A DNA stretch of 64,000 bases from a virus. Both the position numbers and the translations under genes were made by a program. Where the stretch lies: positions 22,090 to 86,089 of the IMG/VR virus record IMGVR_UViG_3300037086_000458. The stretch is one strand, 5' to 3'. Below the pieces are notes generated by a model, which saw only the letters and a program-made list of their open reading frames with translations, did no database searches and was not told the DNA's origin. Below, in pieces: positions 59,460 through 64,000 of the stretch (position 1 is its first letter; each line of letters begins with the position of its first letter).

Positions 59460-60096
59460 ATTAATCATTTTAATAATAGTTTTTAGTATCCCATTTATAA
59501 TCGATGCAAAAACAGGGGTATCAGTAGATATTAATGTAACTGCGCCTGTGCCGGTACCACCTTTTTTTCCTCCTCTTCTTCCTCCTCCCCCTCCTGTTTT
59601 TGTACCAGTTGAACCGCCATTACAGCCTGATGGATATGTTGTAGCAACTGATAATGATGGGGATATGGATAGGGATGATTTAATAATTTATGATAGAAAT
59701 CATGTAGGTTTTTGGTTTTTGTTACCATCGGGTGATTATGTGTTTCGTTGTAGGGCTATGAGATATGATAGAGGAGCTGGTGAATGGTATTATGGGCCAT
59801 GGTATGAAAGGCACAACATAGACTATCATAGATATCATATGATACATTCTCATCCTGAGCATTTTAGGGATTATATGCATAGGAGATATCCAAGATATTA
59901 TGAGAATCATCTTAGACATAATAGAGATTCAAATCAACAGAAAAGACATGAGGACCGGCATTTAGACCATAATAAAAATAATCACGAGGATCGGCATTTA
60001 GATCATAACAGAAATAATCATGAGGATCATCATTTAGATCATAATAAAAACAATCATGATCCTGAACAGGCTCGTGATCACCATGATCATCACTGA
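59452..60096 (+). CDS. secreted Pro-rich/His-rich protein
   Basis: signal peptide, poly-Pro, His-rich tail. Confidence 0.65.
   Translation: MNKLIILIIVFSIPFIIDAKTGVSVDINVTAPVPVPPFFPPLLPPPPPVFVPVEPPLQPDGYVVATDNDGDMDRDDLIIYDRNHVGFWFLLPSGDYVFRCRAMRYDRGAGEWYYGPWYERHNIDYHRYHMIHSHPEHFRDYMHRRYPRYYENHLRHNRDSNQQKRHEDRHLDHNKNNHEDRHLDHNRNNHEDHHLDHNKNNHDPEQARDHHDHH
59947..60054 (+). repeat. 3 x 36-bp coding tandem repeat (HEDRHLDHNKNN)
   Basis: units start at 59947, 59983 and 60019. Confidence 0.85.
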
Positions 60097-60109
60097 AACA
60101 TAGCCTTAT

Positions 60110-60409
60110 ATGATTTCATATAAACTTGAGTGGAAAAACAGTGATATAAAAGGCGCTATAAAAATAGGTTTTTATTATATGGAAGTCATGGATGAGATAG
60201 TAGGTTTTGTATGCGCCCGTCCGGAGATAATAAAAAAGATAATTTTAAACTTTCCTGAAGATTTTAGATGTGATTTTATTCCAAACGGTGTAGGGATTTT
60301 AAGGACGGCTTATGTTTTATATAAATCTCTTAAGTGGGATGAAATCAGATTCGTAAATAGAGAAAAAACAAAAGAGCTGCAAATAATATTAGTAGATGAT
60401 AAGATATAA
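60110..60409 (+). CDS. hypothetical protein
   Basis: 99 aa. Confidence 0.5.
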   Translation: MISYKLEWKNSDIKGAIKIGFYYMEVMDEIVGFVCARPEIIKKIILNFPEDFRCDFIPNGVGILRTAYVLYKSLKWDEIRFVNREKTKELQIILVDDKI

Positions 60410-60436
60410 AATAATAACATATAACAGGAGTGTATC

Positions 60437-60871
60437 ATGCCTACCTATGAGTATCTTTGTCATAAGTGTGAAAAAATAGTAGAGATTGTCCACAGTATTA
60501 AAGAATCCCCGGTTATAAATTGTGAAGATTGTCCCGATGAGGTTTTGGAAAGACTAATTTCTCATAACATAGGCGGTTTTGTAATAAAGGGGGATTCTCC
60601 TTCAAAAGTTGTTAAGGAGACAGGTATCCGTAGAAGAAAGAATGCAGATCTTGGGGTGAGGCAGCTTGAACGCTATGGAAGTGGCCCAAAAGCCGTTCCA
60701 AATGTTGGGGGTACTGAGACAGAGACGTGGTCTGAAGCTGTCAAATTAGCGAAGGATAAGGGCCTTAAAACAGAGACCTATGAACCTATGATTGAGAAAG
60801 AAAAGAAAATAAGTAAAGTTAGCGGGATGGACGATACCAAATGGAAAAAAGCTAAAAATGAAAAATTTTAG
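60437..60871 (+). CDS. FmdB-family zinc-ribbon protein
   Basis: MPTYEYLCHKC...CEDC...RLIS. Confidence 0.8.
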   Translation: MPTYEYLCHKCEKIVEIVHSIKESPVINCEDCPDEVLERLISHNIGGFVIKGDSPSKVVKETGIRRRKNADLGVRQLERYGSGPKAVPNVGGTETETWSEAVKLAKDKGLKTETYEPMIEKEKKISKVSGMDDTKWKKAKNEKF

Positions 60872-60916
60872 TATATTATAAATCAATATCTTATATAGTT
60901 TTTTTAATAATGAGTT

Positions 60917-60954
60917 AATAAGGTGTGTATAGTATACACACCTTATTTTTTTTT
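60917..60954 (+). terminator. intrinsic terminator
   Basis: AATAAGGTGTGTATA-G-TATACACACCTTATT then T-run. Confidence 0.8.
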
Positions 60955-60965
60955 GATAAAATTGT

Positions 60966-61916
60966 ATGATATCTAAAAATATTATTAATAAAATTGTGTG
61001 GCTTACTCCATATGGGCAGGATAAATTATGGGATCCAGCTTTAAGATTACGTCGGGTAAATGTTCATAATCAGTTTCTTAAAATGGGGATAAATTCTAAT
61101 TTCATTTTTAATTGTCTTGGGTATAGTGATGAATATTTATTAAAAGAATTTGAAGATTCAAGCATAGTTGTATTTACTGAACAAAGTGAAAGAGAGTTTA
61201 ATTTAATTAAAGAAGCACGAAAAAGAAAAATTTTGACTATGCGAGATCATTGTGAGTACATGTTTGGTCTTCCATATCAAGATGAATGTTTTAGAGAAAC
61301 AGATCTTATAGTTTGTAGCTCGACTATTATTGCTAAAGAATCAATTAAAAGAGGATATAGAATTTGTGTTATACCCGACATGTGGGAACCAACACCTTTA
61401 TGTACTATAAGAGATACTTCTGATAATTTGAGAGCTATATATATGGGTAGTCAGGGGCCCTTGAGAATATTGTTAAACAATTATGGCAATGCTATTAAAG
61501 AAGCGGGATATGAACTTGATATTATAACGGATATAGATGGAATAGGTAAACGATGGAGTCTTAATACATGGGTCCAAGACTATATCCATGCAGATATATC
61601 TCTATGCCCTCAGGATATAAGATTATTCCCTGGTAAAAGTAATGTGAAGGTGGCTCAATCTCTCGGTACAGGATACCCTACAATTGCTAGCCCGTTGCAG
61701 AGTTATAAAGAAGTTTTTGATGGAGGGATTTGTGGCATTATAGCTTACAGTCCCGAACAATGGAAAGAAGCTTTAATATATTTAAAAGATCCTATTATAC
61801 GTTTGAAGATGCATAGTGCAGCAATTTTACAATCTAATAGATATTCACCTGAGAATATATCAAAAATGTGGTATGCGCAAATGCTATCACTTATTAATAA
61901 GAAAGCTATAAACTAA
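60966..61916 (+). CDS. GT-B (GT4-like) glycosyltransferase
   Basis: ADISLCPQ, KSNVK..SLG.GYPTIASP..SYKE. Confidence 0.75.
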   Translation: MISKNIINKIVWLTPYGQDKLWDPALRLRRVNVHNQFLKMGINSNFIFNCLGYSDEYLLKEFEDSSIVVFTEQSEREFNLIKEARKRKILTMRDHCEYMFGLPYQDECFRETDLIVCSSTIIAKESIKRGYRICVIPDMWEPTPLCTIRDTSDNLRAIYMGSQGPLRILLNNYGNAIKEAGYELDIITDIDGIGKRWSLNTWVQDYIHADISLCPQDIRLFPGKSNVKVAQSLGTGYPTIASPLQSYKEVFDGGICGIIAYSPEQWKEALIYLKDPIIRLKMHSAAILQSNRYSPENISKMWYAQMLSLINKKAIN

Positions 61917-61917
61917 A

Positions 61918-62097
61918 ATGGAACGGTTAAATGTCCATTTAGCAGATAGTCAGATAGCTAATCTTAAGATTATATCTGATACTTCAGGGACAGTTAGGTC
62001 TGAGTTGATTCGAAGGGCTGTAGATGAGTATATAGAAAAATATGTTGAGAATCATGATTGTGGGATAACCGGAATACTAAAACAGATAGAAAGATAA
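61918..62097 (+). CDS. ribbon-helix-helix (CopG-like) protein, 59 aa
   Basis: manual translation MERLNVHL...RSELIRRAVDEYI; below the ORF-track cut-off. Confidence 0.7.
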   Translation: MERLNVHLADSQIANLKIISDTSGTVRSELIRRAVDEYIEKYVENHDCGITGILKQIER

Positions 62098-62102
62098 TTA
62101 TA

Positions 62103-64000
62103 ATGTCAAAGAGAATGCTCCTTAGTTTAAATATCATCGTAGCCGCTGGGGAAGAGATAGAATTAAAAAGGTGTTTAGAATTATGTAAGGGGGATCTTTT
62201 TGATGAGATCTGTATAACGATAGCTGCAAAAGAAATGGACGAGAATGTTAAGAAAGTAGCTGAAGAGTATACAGATAATATCACTTTTTTTGAATGGATC
62301 AATGATTTCAGTGCAGCCAGAAATTTTAATTTTGCTCAATCTCATTGTGTAAGTGTACTTTGGCTAGATGCTGACGATGGTATCACCCCTGATAATTATA
62401 AAAAGCTTTTAGATTTAAAACCTTCAATGTCAGAATACGATGTTATCCTGATACAATATATTTATGCTACGGATAAGAATAAGAATCCAATTGTAGTACT
62501 TCCTAGGGAGCGTATAGTTAAGAATTGTGATAAGATAAGATGGCATGATCCTATCCACGAATATCTGGATATGGATCCTAAGTTTAAAATGAGGAAAGAA
62601 GATGATATTTTTATAACTCATTTAAGGACAAAACCTTTCGATAGCGAAAGGAATCTTGATATTTTAAGGCAGGAGTATTTAAAACCCGGATGTTCACCAA
62701 GAGTAAAATTTTATTATGGAAAAGAATTAGCAGATACCGGAGTATGGGAAGAAGCTATCCCTGTATTAGAGGATTGTATCAACTCTGGGGAAGGTTTTAA
62801 AGATAATTTGGCCATAGCAGCCATGAAGCTTTCGAGATATTATTATTCAATAAAAAACAATGATGCTGCAAAAGCCATAGCTCTTAAAGGGATAAGTTTC
62901 AGTAAAAATTATGCGGAGCATTATGTCCTTTTAGGGGATGTGTATTGGGCCCAGAAAGATACAGAAACAGCTATAAAATATTACAAGGAAGCGATGACAA
63001 AGACGTTAGGGACTGCCGGGATGTCCCAGTTGGCAGATTATTATAAATTTATCCCGTGTTGGAGATTAGCCTCCGTTTATGCAGAGCTTAGAGATTATAA
63101 TAAAGCTCTTAGATATTGTGATGCTGCTTTAGAGTGTAAACCCGATCGTAAAGAGCTAATAGAGTTACGTTATTCAATAATAAGATGTTCTGAAAATAAT
63201 AAGATTGATACGGTTATGGATGATACGCTAAAGAAATCTTTTAAAGAGCTGGCCGACAAACTAAATCTCAAACTTGAAATAGAAGATAATAATGTAGAGT
63301 TCGCCAGAATGAAGATAACTAAAACTAATACCATTAAGATAGCGTGGTTATTAACCGGATCAAGCTTATATGATCCATCTACAAGGATACGAAGATATAA
63401 TATACACACTAAGCTAAAAAGTGCCGGGATTAATAGTATCCTCATAGATAATTATAAAGGAAAAAACCTTTATGAATTAAGGAATGTTGTAGGGGATTCT
63501 AATGTCATAGTTTTTACTATGCTTGGACTTGAAGAATTTGAATTAATGAAATACTTCAAATCTTTGGGTAAAAAAATAGTGTACGATTTTAATGAAGCTA
63601 TTTTTGGGTACCCAATGCAACATGAGTGCTTTAAGGAATGTGATTTAATAGCATGCTGTTCTACTGAATTGGCTGAGATGGTAGTAAAAAAAGGGTATCA
63701 TCCAGTATGTGTAGTTAAAGACGCTGTAGAAGATCTTAAAATTAAACCTTCTGCAATATATGAGGATAGATATGATAAGCCAAAAGCTGTTTATATGGGT
63801 ATGGGTGGTAACAGTTTTCTTGTCACGGAATATTTGAAGGATACTATAGAAAAAGCAGGTTATGAACTTGTAATTATAACCGAATGGGATAACGCCACTG
63901 CTAAATGGGATATTAATACATGGCCACAGCTTATGTGTGAGTGTGATGTGGTTTTATGCCCTCAAAGGGTGGATGTTCAGCCAGCTAAAAGTAATGTCAA
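62103..64000 (+). CDS. GT2 + TPR + GT4-like multidomain glycosyltransferase, partial
   Basis: spot-translated: WINDFSAARN, LWLDADD, IHE; TPR-like helices; DPSTRIRR domain paralogous to 60966; runs off window so absent from the track. Confidence 0.8.
   Translation, partial: MSKRMLLSLNIIVAAGEEIELKRCLELCKGDLFDEICITIAAKEMDENVKKVAEEYTDNITFFEWINDFSAARNFNFAQSHCVSVLWLDADDGITPDNYKKLLDLKPSMSEYDVILIQYIYATDKNKNPIVVLPRERIVKNCDKIRWHDPIHEYLDMDPKFKMRKEDDIFITHLRTKPFDSERNLDILRQEYLKPGCSPRVKFYYGKELADTGVWEEAIPVLEDCINSGEGFKDNLAIAAMKLSRYYYSIKNNDAAKAIALKGISFSKNYAEHYVLLGDVYWAQKDTETAIKYYKEAMTKTLGTAGMSQLADYYKFIPCWRLASVYAELRDYNKALRYCDAALECKPDRKELIELRYSIIRCSENNKIDTVMDDTLKKSFKELADKLNLKLEIEDNNVEFARMKITKTNTIKIAWLLTGSSLYDPSTRIRRYNIHTKLKSAGINSILIDNYKGKNLYELRNVVGDSNVIVFTMLGLEEFELMKYFKSLGKKIVYDFNEAIFGYPMQHECFKECDLIACCSTELAEMVVKKGYHPVCVVKDAVEDLKIKPSAIYEDRYDKPKAVYMGMGGNSFLVTEYLKDTIEKAGYELVIITEWDNATAKWDINTWPQLMCECDVVLCPQRVDVQPAKSNV

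Noticed and set aside
25-63445. Many short opposite-strand ORFs in the track (e.g. 3975-4403, 24829-25272, 28681-29184)
   Set aside because: Shadows of well-supported genes, with F/S/L/I-rich antisense composition
1-64000. Alternative genetic code
   Set aside because: Standard code gives full-length, tightly packed genes

Overview
AT-rich, densely coding 64 kb segment of a large (jumbo-type) tailed dsDNA phage. All calls come from motif reading only; no searches were run. (1) 1-16.7 kb, minus strand: recombination/repair arm (NYN protein, split SbcC plus SbcD, beta clamp, Cas4/RecB-like nuclease, RecA, RuvC, SSB, HU, RecD2) and catalytically degenerate deaminase-like and KptA-like genes. (2) 16.7-17.9 kb: strand switch with two 63-bp direct repeats flanking a small ORF and a roughly 290-nt structured non-coding segment. 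(3) 17.9-27.4 kb, plus strand: bacterial-type clamp loader (HolB, HolA, DnaX), methyltransferase, primase core, NusG-like protein, 5'-3' exonuclease and a sigma-like factor. (4) 27.4-60 kb: head module (terminase, portal, intein-containing prohead protease, scaffold, decoration, HK97-fold capsid), a TnpB-only IS200/IS605 element, a LAGLIDADG-Mom fusion, and many putative virion-internal proteins sharing a (K/R)xA(S/A/G) motif, one with NDT-like plus Acb1-like 2H domains. (5) 60.4-64 kb: glycosyltransferases. A T9SS-type C-terminal domain gene hints at an FCB-group host. Best leads: the motif-tagged internal proteins and anti-defence polyprotein, the repeat-flanked structured RNA, the HEG-Mom fusion, a 16-bp late promoter candidate, the pseudo-enzymes and an overprinted RecD2 tail.
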